This document shows, piece after piece, positions 13,372 to 63,600 of a stretch of 64,000 bases of DNA. Location of the stretch: the NCBI GenBank assembly GCA_012295275.1, contig CM022672.1:35650001-35714000 (forward strand). The letters are read 5' to 3'. The stretch comes from Chrysomallon squamiferum. Lineage: Eukaryota > Animalia > Mollusca. Both the position numbers and the translations under genes were made by a program. The notes under the pieces were generated by a model. The model did not search any database, was not told the DNA's origin, and worked only from the letters and a program-made list of their open reading frames with translations. Each line of letters begins with the position of its first letter. Position 1 is the stretch's first letter.

Positions 13372-16300
13372 TTAAAAAAACCAGTACCGGAAGAAGAGGA
13401 GAAAAACCACCACCAGAATGACTCCAATAGCAATTTTGAAATACGAAGACCTCAAGTTGAGATACTTTGCATCTTTCTTGTACTTCTGAGAAAGAGTTGA
13501 TAAATTACTGGCTTTGCTGTCTAACACTGAAAATATAGAAAGTAAATAATTTTTGTTTAACATTCTTAGAAATAATATTTTCAAATAATTTGAAGATACT
13601 TGAAGCACTCCAAATTTAGAAAACATTTTATGTCAATTCATAACAATTCTGAACTACTGAAATCAATTTGAAACAAAGGTAAGTAAGAACACTATCGTTC
13701 CTATTTGAAAATCATTTTCAGTAGACTATATAACTAAAAATAGTAACTGAATTATGTCTTAAATAACAAAAGAGAAAAAGGTTTTTATAAACTTAAAATT
13801 AATTTGTGGATATATCTTGTTGAGGGGAGATAACTGCAATCACCTCCATTGTTTCTGAGGTTTTTGATGCTGTTTGTTTAGAAACTCTGCAACTGTTTTA
13901 ATTAATAGTAATGATTTAAATAATTTATTTGTATGACATTTTTCAAAAATATTGTATATAACAGTAATATGTAATTATTATTATTGTTATTTATTTTTTT
14001 AGATATACACACTACTGTTAGAAATCTTGACATTATCAAGCAGGCAAAGTATACTGCTATGCTAAGATTAAAGTAACAAATTATTAAAATAAATCAGTTT
14101 TAAACCTGATAAAGCTTCGCCTCTCTGTAACACATCGTCAATGTTCTGCACCATTATCCGCTGAACATCCTGCAACTCGGTGTTGATGTGTGACAGGTTT
14201 CTCCTCGCTCTTGAGTCCATGTACGAACGTCTACACTTCTGGATATAAGTATCTGATGAAAAAATACAAAACCATTCAACTATAAATAAGTAACTGATAA
14301 ATTATTTTTTGTTTCATTATCATGAATAAATACTTCTGGATGAAAGTATCATATATATATATATATATATACTCTGAAAAAAGAAATTTAAACAAAAATA
14401 TTGTAATCTAGATAAATAAAAAAAAGGTTTTCCCCTTAAATCATGTCCTTTTAAATCACAAACACAGAGACATTATAATTTAAATTTTTTATAATTCTGA
14501 TCTATGCATGATAGAACTGATATGTAAAAAGGTTAAAAAAAAATAATTTTTGAATTTTTAAATATATTTAGTTAAAATTCTTAATTTTCAACATAATCAT
14601 CCTCATTATGGTATAACTCAAAATCAGCAACAAAATGCATTTCTAGAACTTCAGAATGATTTTTACTTATGATAGCTGTCATGTTGGAATTAAGAATCAA
14701 CTATAAATATATATTTATCAGAACTGTTATTAAGTGAACATAAAGCTAATTCCTATTTTATCATTTTTAGCTATGCCCATCCTTCTTAAGACCACAAGAG
14801 GATAATAAGATAAATAAAAAATAAGTTTACTTCTTTACTGTAACAGTATACTGCAGTGTACATACACATATGGTAACCATATAAACAGATGAAGGAAGAC
14901 ACAGAAATAGACAGCATGTTGTCAGATATAGTTAAAAGGTTACAAATATATTTTTCTAGTGTGACTGTTATTTTTATATTTTTCCATTTTCATTTTCCTT
15001 TAGTTTTCCTAATAGTTATCTATGTAAATTTGTTGAGAAGGTACTTACAAGTATATATATTATATATTAAATAAAATTGTGAATTCATTTTATGTTAAAA
15101 ATATTTTGATCTCTATAAAAGTTGTTGCTTTACTGTTATTATGAGCAGTTTTAAGTATGAAGGTAAAAACAAAAGTGCATGGGACACTAAGTGTGTGTTT
15201 CTTTGATTTCTTTCTGCCATGGCCACTGCAAGCAGCCCAGCACTGAGGTGTAAATATCCTGTTTTACAGATTTCATTTGATCAGTAAAAAGTGTTTTCAC
15301 AGTTATGTATGAATTTAAAACATATATTAAAATTAAAAATAATGAGATTGGTGTGCTTCCTGCTATAATTTTTTTTTATAAAATCAGCACTATAAAAAAT
15401 GTACAGAACAGTTTACAGACAAAACTATTTTGAAGATTACCACCTACAATATTAAAATATAAGCTGTTACCAATAATCTCTTTCAGAACATCTCCAGCAG
15501 AATATTAAACACTCATCTATTTTAGTGCACATTAATTAGTCAAGAAATGTACTCAAGCCACGGTTTCACTGCTCCACTGGAACACTTTGATGATATTTGT
15601 ATTCACTGTACTTACCAAATTCTATGAAAGTATACGGTCTTGAGACAGTTTCTACTCTTGATCCATACTGCGCAGTAAATTCTCCTTGTAAATCTTCCAA
15701 ATATGTGTAAGCTAAGCGTCTTGAAAATGATTTATCACACAGAACTAAATACATGACTCCACGTTCTATGATATAACTGAAAAATAAGGTAAATAGATTA
15801 TTATCACTAGCTTCTGAAATTATTTCAGATATCTGAATTTAATGTTTTTGGCTTTCTTTTTATGAGCTATACAGACACACAAACATACTTACTCACACAA
15901 ATAACATATATAACATATATATATCTGTAATTTATAGCTGAAATATTAAATTTACTGTTAAATTAACTTTATTGATATTATTCACTATTTTGTAATGATT
16001 CATATTATTTTGTTCTTACTGAGTTATAAAAATACTTTATCAGAGTTAATGAAACAGAGGGATAATATATGAGACTTGATTTAATTATACAGTTTATAAC
16101 ATACTGAAAAATATATGGTCCTGATTCTAAACTGCATCTTGCTGGTGGTTGGGGGTCATTGGAAAGTTTACGGAATAACTGTTTGGCCTGATTCTGGTAG
16201 TCCATTAAACTTCTTCCAGCCTAGTGTAAAAAAAATTAATGTTTCAGTAACAATAACAGATTTTAAATTCATTTCAAGCATTTTTTTTTCTCTACATATA

Positions 16301-16832
16301 AATATCTGTAAAAATTATTACTTTATTTTTTCTCATTTTGTTGTTGCTGTTAGTGTTATTGTTGTTTCTTTTGTTGTTTTAATGCCTTTATGGCTGTAAG
16401 TGTAAAATATATTTAAAATATGCGAGAATGTTTACAAATTTACTTTTAGCATTTTTTATTTTATTTTTATGCGACCAAATCAATTAATAATTCTTGTGTA
16501 TATCGAGTTACTCGGTTAGACTGACAATGAAAGAAATGCAATTGTTTCAGTTACTAGTTAGTTGTATTAAATATTAAAATGAGTTAGTTTCACTATAAAA
16601 TAATTAATCTTTTTATAGCTACAATAACTGTCACCATCTTACCGATATATATTATCATCATATGCATGTTTCAAAGTTTCGGCATTCAGTACAGAGTACT
16701 CGCTATACTCAGAGTCAGATACTGAGATAGCATCATACTCAGATACTGTGATCTCACCTGTTCATCTTCTTGGACTGATGCAGCCAACGGCAAACCATCT
16801 GCTACTCTCGCTATCATTGTCAACAAAACCAT
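13372..16832 (-). CDS. SEC22B: Vesicle-trafficking R-SNARE Sec22b (longin + SNARE + C-terminal TM), 5 exons, 217 aa
   Basis: Exons (minus strand): 16832-16758, 16220-16105, 15776-15616, 14252-14106, 13526-13372. All introns are GT-AG, phases are consistent, total 654 nt. Translation [25 protein letters not shown]...YLEDLQGEF...[19 protein letters not shown]...[24 protein letters not shown]...KYLNLRS + TM + RYWFF closely matches Sec22b. Confidence 0.97.
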
Positions 16833-17411
16833 TTTGACTTGATTTCGTTCCTGTTTTACTTGTTACAAAATTAATTATTTGTTAGAACATTGCACACAAA
16901 CTAACCCCTTGAATCTATGACACACTGATGAAAATAAAATAAGCTGTCTGCAAAATATGACGTGGCTACATTTGTCGTATACGGTAAACAGCAATCACGA
17001 ATTTTGATGTTTATAGTTATATGAATAACGAAGCATAAATTGAAATAAATATAAAAATGGATTCAGAAATGTATATCTGTTTTACACACTTAGCCACCTG
17101 TATTTTGTTATCTTCATAAAACTTAGCATATATATTTACAAATAAGTAAAACACGACTTGTCTTTTTGATTCTCGTTTTAATGATTTCTTTACGCGCATG
17201 CTCTGACCTAATTGCGGAAATGTGTTTATGCAATTAGTTTAGTATTTGCTTTAAAATCTATTAATGTGAGCATTGAAAATAAATACAAATATTATATTTA
17301 TAAATATTGAAATTAAATTTTTTAGATGATTATTTTAACTGACTACCTAAATTGGATTATTATTTGTTAGTTTCGTAATCCCACGTAATCAGCTGAATTC
17401 ACAACATGGCT
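16833..17411. promoter_or_regulatory. Candidate bidirectional promoter shared by SEC22B and SEC16
   Basis: Divergent genes. TGACGTGGC (UPRE/XBP1/CREB3-type) 16958-16966; NRF1-like GCGCATGCTC 17194-17203; ATTGG 17351-17355; CCACGTAA 17381-17388; YY1-like CAACATGGCT 17402-17411. Confidence 0.65.
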
Positions 17412-17568
17412 ACCGCAGGATGTTGTTGCCAGTTTTGTGTGAAAAACTGATAGAAACCTTGTTTATATATTGTAATTGATTGTTCTTTACGAAAAAAAAG
17501 TTTTATATACGTAGGCTATTTTCCAGATTATTGTAATATTTTTGTTTTGAGAAAGTGATTTCATTTAG
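17390..17568 (+). other. Probable non-coding first exon of SEC16 (5' boundary approximate)
   Basis: Consensus donor TAG|GTAAGT at 17569. YY1-like motif near its start. The SEC16 ATG at 20498 is immediately preceded by an acceptor (attttacag|A ATG), which implies an upstream UTR exon. Confidence 0.6.
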
Positions 17569-17993
17569 GTAAGTATTTATTCTCAAATATGTTAATTCTG
17601 GTTTTAGACAAGAGCATGAAGATGATTATATTATTTAATTTATTATTAACATGATACAGACTGCAGGCTACAGACTCTGAAATCTGTGGTTTAGACCTTA
17701 TCTTACACAACCACTCCATTCGGCAGAATACGAAAATATATACACAGTTAAAACTGGCTTTTAGAAAGTATTCCTAATATTAGTAATAATAATAATGTTA
17801 TACATAACTAACATATGCAGATAAATATGACATTGAGTCGATTGACGTTTTATCATTTATGTCACGTATTTTATAACAAGTTAATATAGATGATAATGTT
17901 TTAATAATAATAATGGAATTGTTTTCAACAAGTAGATCTATAAAAAGGAAAAGTCTGATAAATGTTTTATCAACCAAAGTATGGCACCTTTCA

Positions 17994-18051
<58 letters not shown>

Positions 18052-18206
18052 GTAGTAGTAGTAGTAGTAGTAGTAGTACTAGTAGTAGAAGTAGTAATTT
18101 AGTTCTAGGTCATTTTTAACAGAATTATATTACTATATTTTTTCTTCACTGATATTTTTTTTTTTCATTTTTTTTCTGTTAATACATAATGGAGAAGCAT
18201 ATTAAG

Positions 18207-19372
18207 TAGGTATGTGGACAAATTTTTCAAACCCCACTAATCTGAAAATAAATAAGACAATTGGGTAGAGCTTGTAAACCACTTTAAAATGATACCAAGA
18301 TCAAGTGAATATGTAAAAAATTAAGGAAGTAGCAGCAATTTTAAACCCCCTGAAAAGCAATTTTTTTCTTCCGATTAAACGCTATATAAGTCATTAGAGG
18401 TTTGTGACCAAAAATAGTAATATTTTAACATTTTCCCCTCTATCTTTGTTAATAAGCAAGCTTTCTTGATGAAATTTTCAGTGAAGACCAATGCCAATCT
18501 CTGCTATCGATTATATTTGTAAAAATTAAAAAGAAGTTATTAATTAAGGTACCAGCAACCTAACAAACAATAATTTATGTGGACAAAAAATTCAAACACT
18601 ACCAACTTCAACATAAATAACATTGCTGAAAAGAACTCTGAAAACCCTATAAAAGACAACAAACATCATGTGATTCTGTTGAGTATTAAGGAAGTTACAG
18701 CATTTTAACGTTTTCAATTAACACTAATTAATTGTCCTATTATTTAATGCATTTGCATTACAATGGCGTGACCAAAATCCTATTGTTTTTCACTAAAATG
18801 CATGTAACTTTCTTAATAATGAAATTTTATTAGTGAAATTTGGACTGAAGATAGATGGTAACTAGTCCTCTCAATTCAAGCTATTAAAAATGCAAGCTAT
18901 TAAAAATCGAGGGTAGAAATCACTTCAGTTTCACTCGAATTTTCATCCGCCATGTTTGATTTTGAAGCCATTTCGATGTTACAGCTCCTCTTTCCGGCGT
19001 GTGTAATTTTTCTCAGCTGTGTCAGATTTCAATATAAATTCACATATAATAAAATTAAATGTTGTTCTTCGCCTCCATCTACCTTAGATTATCCTCCGAT
19101 ATTGAAAACGACTGATTTTAACGTGTTGAATACGAAACAAATTTTCGAACTCTCCTCCGAAACGAACCAATTGACCGAATTGAAAAATTCGAAAACGAGT
19201 GAGTATACGGGAATTTCCCACTAATTATACCATCAGGGATAACCGAAACTCCCAACCCCTGACTAACGAGAAGAGATTTACGCAGAGACACCACTCGCCA
19301 TCGGGGAAATCCCGATCACACGGATTTGGCAGAAAATGGCGGACGCAGTTCCGGCAGAAATACACATACCTA
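18207..19372. mobile_element. Non-autonomous TIR DNA transposon (1166 bp, hAT-like TAG...CTA ends) in SEC16 intron 1
   Basis: 10-bp TIR TAGGTATGTG (18207-18216) / CACATACCTA (19363-19372), flanked by the direct repeat TATTAAG (18200-18206 and 19373-19379). Internal diverged dimer and a CpG-rich right half. Confidence 0.8.
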
Positions 19373-20497
19373 TATTAAGCCCTTAGAGTAAGAGGTAAAT
19401 AAAAACACACACACACAGACACACTTTATAAATCTGCTCTTCATGTTATTCCAGAGCAGGTATGTCATGTATTAAAATAATGAAGATTTAAATTCAGATT
19501 CATGCTGTGTGTCAGAGCATACTCTATAACAATGATTCTCAGGGTAGGAATTTGAGTCAAAGATGGATCTCCACTCTATGTTACAATAATTCTGTGTAAT
19601 ATGCTTGTTGACAGCCTGTATTTTTACAACAAGCTGAATTTAAAATAATTTGGATTCTGCTATTTTGCACAGACTGAATAAAAATATCAGGTATATCAGA
19701 AAAATGCATGTAATTTTAATGACTAAACAATAATTACATTTAAAGTTTAATAGCTTTTATTCATTGTATATTCCACTCATTGTTTTTCACCATCTTCTTG
19801 AATTACTAATTATTATGATGGGTCTGGGATGGGTAGGTAATAAGTTATTCAGCACTTTTTATATTATTTACTCCCTGAATATAAAAAAAACTTCATTTTT
19901 ACATTACATTTTTTTTTTTTTAGTTAGGTCTTCATTTCCATGTCTGTTTGTCATATGTAATGCCTGGTTTCACAGACTTATTTTAACATGTAAATAAACA
20001 CAACTGTAAGACAATAATTAACAATGCTCACAAATTAATTGATTTTGGGACTGTTCAGTTAGTGAGGTTTGAGAAACATGCTTGTGATTCAATATGGTGC
20101 TCTGGTGACTTTGAAAACTGCAGCTGTTACAAGAAGGCAACAACTGCTGGTCTGGACATGATTATCAAACAAATCAAAATGGGAGAGGAGTTTAGCAAAA
20201 CTCTGATCATTAGGGGAGGAATTTCAAAAGAAATCTCGGAATCATTAAACATTTATTTTTGTATCAGATCTGAGAATGAATGGGTGTAGATTGTAATAAA
20301 TAAGGATTCCTGTTTGGAACAGCCATTTTGAACCATTCTTTTATAATAATAATAATAATACTATATGTGTCTGTTGTGTTTACACGCACACACACACACT
20401 CAAAAACACACACATACATTCACATATGTATACACGTGTATTTGTATGTTCATTTATTTTTGCTGACAGGTAACAGTCATGTTGATTATTTTACAGA

Positions 20498-57618
<37,121 letters not shown>

Positions 57619-60600
57619 AACTCATGAGAACTGCAGAAACACTTCTGTATCACTTGTTTTTAACAGTCTGCCACAGTGAGATGCAGTTTGGTGATGTGAA
57701 GAGACTTTTTGTAAAACTGAACTGACTGAATGTATCCTAAGATATAACATGATTGAAACAAGTTACAATACAAACAGAAGTTACTGCATGTAGTTATTTT
57801 GTTATGCTGCAGTGTAGCAGTGATCTGTCTTGCAGTTTCCATTATCTGACATTGTCAGATATCTGTTACATTGAGGACGCCATTTTGTTAAAAATATTTA
57901 CAACTTTTCTGGAAAAGTCTGTCTAAAAATATCTGTTCAAGAAAGCAAAAACAAAAATCCTTTATATATGATTATGGGGAAGGATTTCAATTATTATTTT
58001 ATTTTATTATTATTATTTTTCTTTTTTATACATTAATGGGCATAAGTTGTTTATATATTTAAAACTGATCAGTGGTATTTGTGAGAGATATTTCATGAAT
58101 TCAGAACCTGGTTTAAGTAGGACGACACTATTGCAAATTGTCCTGTTTTACATATTGTCACTGAAAATAGGTGGGAAGCTGTCATTTGTTTTCTTATGTC
58201 AGTGTGAGTTTGTTAAACTTGGCTTGTCCAGATTACTAAACCATATTTTGTCCAAACCTATCAAAATAGTGTGATATGTTGTTAAAAATGTAAGTACATT
58301 TTGCAGTTGCAAACATATATATACTTTGTTGATTACTTAGGTATGATATGTTAATGCTGTTTTAAAATATAAAGTCAAAAAATAAATAAAAAATAAAAAC
58401 CCAATTATATATGTTTGAAATCAGTTTGTATGCTGATTAGGTTTGTTGATTTTAACTCTTTATTATTAAGTACCACTTTATTTCATATAAAAGAGATATA
58501 CATGTGCTACATATTATGTAAATAAGTAAATAAATAAATATCTATATCTATATATATATATATATATATATATGTCTGTACATTTTGTATGCTGTTATAT
58601 GGTGTGGAATTTCAAAATCATGATTCATTTTTTTTGTGTTCATTCCTTTTCAATATTGTATCAGTTAGGGTTTAAAAGTAAGATGGTATGAGTGTATATT
58701 TCTGTTTTTCCTAATTTATAGGTGCATTGTTAGTTTATTTGTCTACAAAGTCTTCATCACTGGTGTGGGATGATTTGTCATTTACAGACCATTTCTGTGT
58801 TTGAAAGCAAAATGATTTCACACTGATCATCTGCATCATTTACAATCATCTGAAGATTGTTGTTGATAACAGTTGATGTTCCTACTGTTAATTTGTTGAC
58901 ACACACACACACACACATCACTATTATAGTCGAGGTTACTTTTGCTACTTGAACATAAATCTCTGATTTTTTTCAAAAATATATTTATAGCTTTAAGAGT
59001 TATTTCTAATGTCTTGTTATTGTCTGAACTCAGAAGTAGTCCATTTGGCTTAGTGGGAAAGCAAAAAAAAAATTATATGTATATATATATAATTTAATTA
59101 AATTTAATTTATCAAAAATAAATAAATAAAACAAATTCATACTTTAAAACCAAATCTGTTATTAAGCTTCCATGCATGAATTTCTTTTTATACCAGACAT
59201 ATATTACTTGGAAATATTTTTAAAGATTATTATAATGAATATTATTATCATTAAAAACAATTCTTGAAATTAATAATATGTATCATTAGTAACAATTTTA
59301 TTTCCTTGTATTTCATTTTCTCCATGTTTTGTATTTGGTGAAAGGTTTCACTGGTGAAGGATTTGTTTTGTAATCTGTTCTATTAATCATGTTTTTTTTG
59401 TTTTTTTGTTAATTGTGAAATGGCCTGTTCTTTATATTTTGTGATTTCAAGTAGAAATTATTCTGATTCTTCATAATCTTTCTTTTTCTTTTTTGTATTA
59501 TTGGTTTAAGAACGACTAAAATTAAACTGTTATTTTCTGAAATGTATAATTATTTTAAAGAAATTATTTTTGTTTTGAATTAGATTTATATTTTCTCCCA
59601 AAAATTTCTTATAATTAAAGAATGTTATTTACTGAAGTACATAATGTTTTTAAAAATTATTCTTGTTTCGAATTGGGATTTGTTTTTCTTAAATTGCTTT
59701 TTGAGTAAATTAATTAATATTTACTGAAGAAATTTAATATATATCATTTGTTTCATTTTTAAAAAATATTTTTCAGTTAAAGTTTTTTCATTTTAATTAG
59801 AGTTGTAATTGTGTATTATCATAATTTTTTTTATTTCAAATTTGTTTAATCAGACATTTTTATTTTTGTTGTTGACTTTTTAAAACTAACTCCCTTTTTT
59901 TTTTTTTTTTTTTTTTTTACTAACTGTTGTATCTTTCACTTTCAGCTACTGCATTTAGGAATTAATGGCATTTTTGACCAGTAAAATAATTATAATAGAT
60001 AAAATAATTGATTAATACTTTTATATTAATGTAATAGAGAGAAAGATGGAGCAAACAAATCATATTAAAAATTTGTTGATCAGTTTGAAACATAATAATA
60101 ATCGTAATGTTTTGGTTTCTTTTGTTTGTTTTTCTCTTTTTGTCAGATTTGTTTTCATAAAGATAATTTTCTTCTACCAACTAGAAAACTGCCAAATGAT
60201 GCAAACAGCAATCGGAGATGTGAATGTTGTGTGAGGGAGAACATGTTTAAATCCTACAGTTGCTTTGATGTTCACCAAGAAAACAAAAATAAATTATTTT
60301 AAATTAAATTCTGCTGGTAATTTGTTTTTAATTCATGTGAGAAATTGAAACTTTGAAACGTTTGTTGTTTGTTTATTTATTTATTGCTTATTTATTTATT
60401 TATTTATTTATAAAGGATAACAAGGTGATGCTAACTGATAAAGAAATCTGCACAAAATACAGAATGATTCTTACTGGAGAATCCATTAACCTTTTTCTAG
60501 TTCCAGCCAGTACTCCAGTCGTGTTTAAAAATAGTGTAATATGTAAGTGTGGTCTATGGGATGGTACAAAAAGAGGATGACTTGATGCTAATCTAAAGAA

Positions 60601-60950
60601 TAACTTATGAAGTGCAGGAGCAAGTTTCCCATCTCTAAAATAACTGACCCACACTATAAAAAAATATTTATCCAAAATGCTTTAATCATCAATTGAGGTG
60701 TGCACAATATTAAAATAATAATGAAAAATCAATAAATAAATCATAATAAAAATAAAAAAGATCGACCAGATTTGAAAAATAACAACTTGATACCTATCCA
60801 AACTACTTTCACAGTTAAATGAAATCATAGTAATAAAATAATATTATGTATAAAAATAAGTTATTTATATATTTACTTAATTCACAGCATACTTTACTCA
60901 CTTAGCTTTGTTACGAATTATTAACATTACTGAATAAGTAATAATTTATT

Positions 60951-61850
60951 GGGTCATTCCATATAAAAAAAAAAAAGGTAAAAAAAAAATAACAAGAAAA
61001 CAAATGTAACTTGTCAAAAAATGGTCATGTCCCCCACTTTTTGGACCCTGATATTTTGGAAACCAATGGTTTGAGTTTTGAGTGAAACTGGTGTCATTGG
61101 AAAGCTAATTTGACAAGTGTTCTAACTATTCCTAATTGGTGCAAGCTTTGGTAACCTTTTGACCTTAAATTTGACCTTTTGACCCACATGACCTTGAAAT
61201 TATAACAGTAAAAAAAAAAAAAAAAAAAAATAATCAGAATGGTAATATTTTTAGTTCAGTAAAATAAACTTAAAAGTGGACATACCTGACCATAAAGTGT
61301 TCATTTTGACATTTCTTTAATGTAAATAAAAATGCAGTATAATTCAGCAGGAAAATATGACATTTTTAGAATTTTATTATAACCTTCCCTAAAATATAGC
61401 ACCAGAATGGTAGATTAGGAAAATGAAATAAGAACAAGGTAAATCTTTATCAGAAGAACTGAAATTGAACTTATTCGATTTTATGAAAGTGATGAAAACA
61501 GATATGTTCTGGAATTAAAGAGTCATTGAAATCGTAATGAGGTACAACACTGAAATTTTATTGAATCCCAAGGGGCTTTATATTTGCTGGAAAGAATACT
61601 GTCCAGGAAAGAAGATTGGATTGACTTCATTCACAGCTTTGTTTTCGAAATGGTGTGTTCTTGCTGGAACTTGCCTCTTCACCAGAACCCTAAGCTAAAG
61701 GAAGCATGTTTGAAATTTTCCATTAAAAAAAAAAATGTACGTACTTAACAGAGGATGAAAAGTCACAATATCTTAACAGCTGCGATGAGTATATAATATA
61801 CCAACAATGGATTAGTACCTACAGAAGAAAACTGATTCCTATAATTTGCA
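60951..61850 (+). mobile_element. Decayed DNA transposon with transposase remnants (Sola2-like; family tentative)
   Basis: Starts GGGTCATTCCAT. Frameshifted peptide pieces GKSLSEELK / IELIRFYESDEN (about 61438-61500), LYICWKEYCPGKKIGLTSFTALFSKWCVLAG (61576-61668), LHQNPKL and IIYQQWISTYR resemble a transposase family as I recall it. Confidence 0.55.
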
Positions 61851-62144
61851 AAACTTGCATAACACTGCAGTGTAATAATTTGGGACTATAATTCAATATC
61901 CAAAATCAAATTTTAAACTTACTGTAAAAAACAGTGAATTAAAAATTATAACAGTATTATTTAGAAAATGAATAAATAAAATGTTTTTGAATAGATTATA
62001 AACATGTTGGGAAATTTTAAATTTCTTTGTCATTTTATTATATAAATTTGCAGGATATTTTGCAACATAATTATTTAATTGTTACCACTGTTCTGTACTC
62101 TACAAGAATAAAAAAAAAATGGTGAAAATACAGAAAAACAGAAT

Positions 62145-63600
62145 GTGTAGAGATAAATAGATATAGATTGACAGACAGATAGACAGAAAGGTAGAGATAG
62201 ATAGATATAGACTGACAGACAGACAGAAAGGTAGAGATAAATAGATATAGATTGACAGACAGATAGACAGAAAGGTAGAGATAAACAGATATAGATTGAC
62301 AGACAGATAGACAGAAAGGTAGAGATAAATAGATATAGACTGACAGACAGATAGACAGAAAGGTAGAGATAAATAGATATAGACTGACAGACAGACAGAA
62401 AGGTAGAGATAAACAGATATAGATTGACAGACAGATAGACAGAAAGGTAGAGATAAACAGATATAGATTGACAGACAGATAGACAGAAAGGTAGAGATAA
62501 ACAGATATAGATTGACAGACAGATAGACAGAAAGGTAGAGATAAACAGATATAGATTGACAGACAGATAGACAGAAAGGTAGAGATAAACAGATATAGAT
62601 TGACAGACAGATAGACAGAAAGGTAGAGATAAACAGATATAGATTGACAGACAGATAGACAGAAAGGTAGAGATAAACAGATATAGACTGACAGACAGAT
62701 AGACAGAAAGGTAGAGATAAATAGATATAGACTGACAGACAGACAGAAAGGTAGAGATAAACAGATATAGATTGAGAGACAGATAGACAGAAAGATAGAG
62801 ATAAACAGATATAGATTGACAGACAGATAGACAGAAAGATAGAGATAAACAGATATAGATTGAGAGACAGACAGAAAGGTAGAGATAAACAGATATAGAC
62901 TGACAGATAGACAGAAAGGTAGAGATAAACAGATATAGATTGACAGACAGACAGACAGAAAGGTAGAGATAAACAGATATAGATTGACGGACAGATAGAC
63001 AGAAAGGTAGAGATATATAGATATAGACTGACAGACAGATAGACAGAAAGATAGAGATAAACAGATATAGATTGACAGACAGATAGACAAAAACTAGAGA
63101 TAAACAGATATAGATTGACAGACAGATAGACAGACAGAAAGAGATAAATAGATATAGATTGACAGACAGATAGATAGAAACGTAGAGATAAATAGATATA
63201 GATTGAGAGCCAGAGAGAAAGGTAGAGATAAATAAATATAGATTGACAGATAGAAAGATATAGACAGATATAGACAGACAGACAGACAGAAAGTAGAGAT
63301 TAATATAGATTGACAGACAGATAGATAGAAAAGTAGAGATATATAGATATAGATTGACAGACAGGGAAAGGTAGAGATAAATATAGATTGACATACAGGG
63401 ATAGAAAAGTAGAGATAAATAGATATAGATTGACAGACAGACAGAAAGGTAGAGATAGATATAGACTGACAGACAGACAGACAGACAGACAGACAGAGAG
63501 AGAGACAAAGGTATATAAACAGATGGACAGACAGGCAGAAAGGTAAAGATAAATAAACTGAGACACAGGGAAACAGAAAGGTAGAGATAAATAGACTGAC
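62145..63600. repeat. 44-bp satellite built from GATA/GACA tetramers
   Basis: Unit GTAGAGATAAACAGATATAGATTGACAGACAGATAGACAGAAAG, degenerating rightwards into GACA/GATA runs. Confidence 0.95.

Noticed and set aside
14125-14160. NID in place of the vertebrate Sec22b NIE Sec24-binding segment
   Set aside because: A conservative change that I recall in other invertebrate Sec22 proteins, so not evidence of novelty.
18952-19224. 90-aa ORF inside the TIR element as a transposase
   Set aside because: Short and without recognisable transposase motifs. The element appears non-autonomous.
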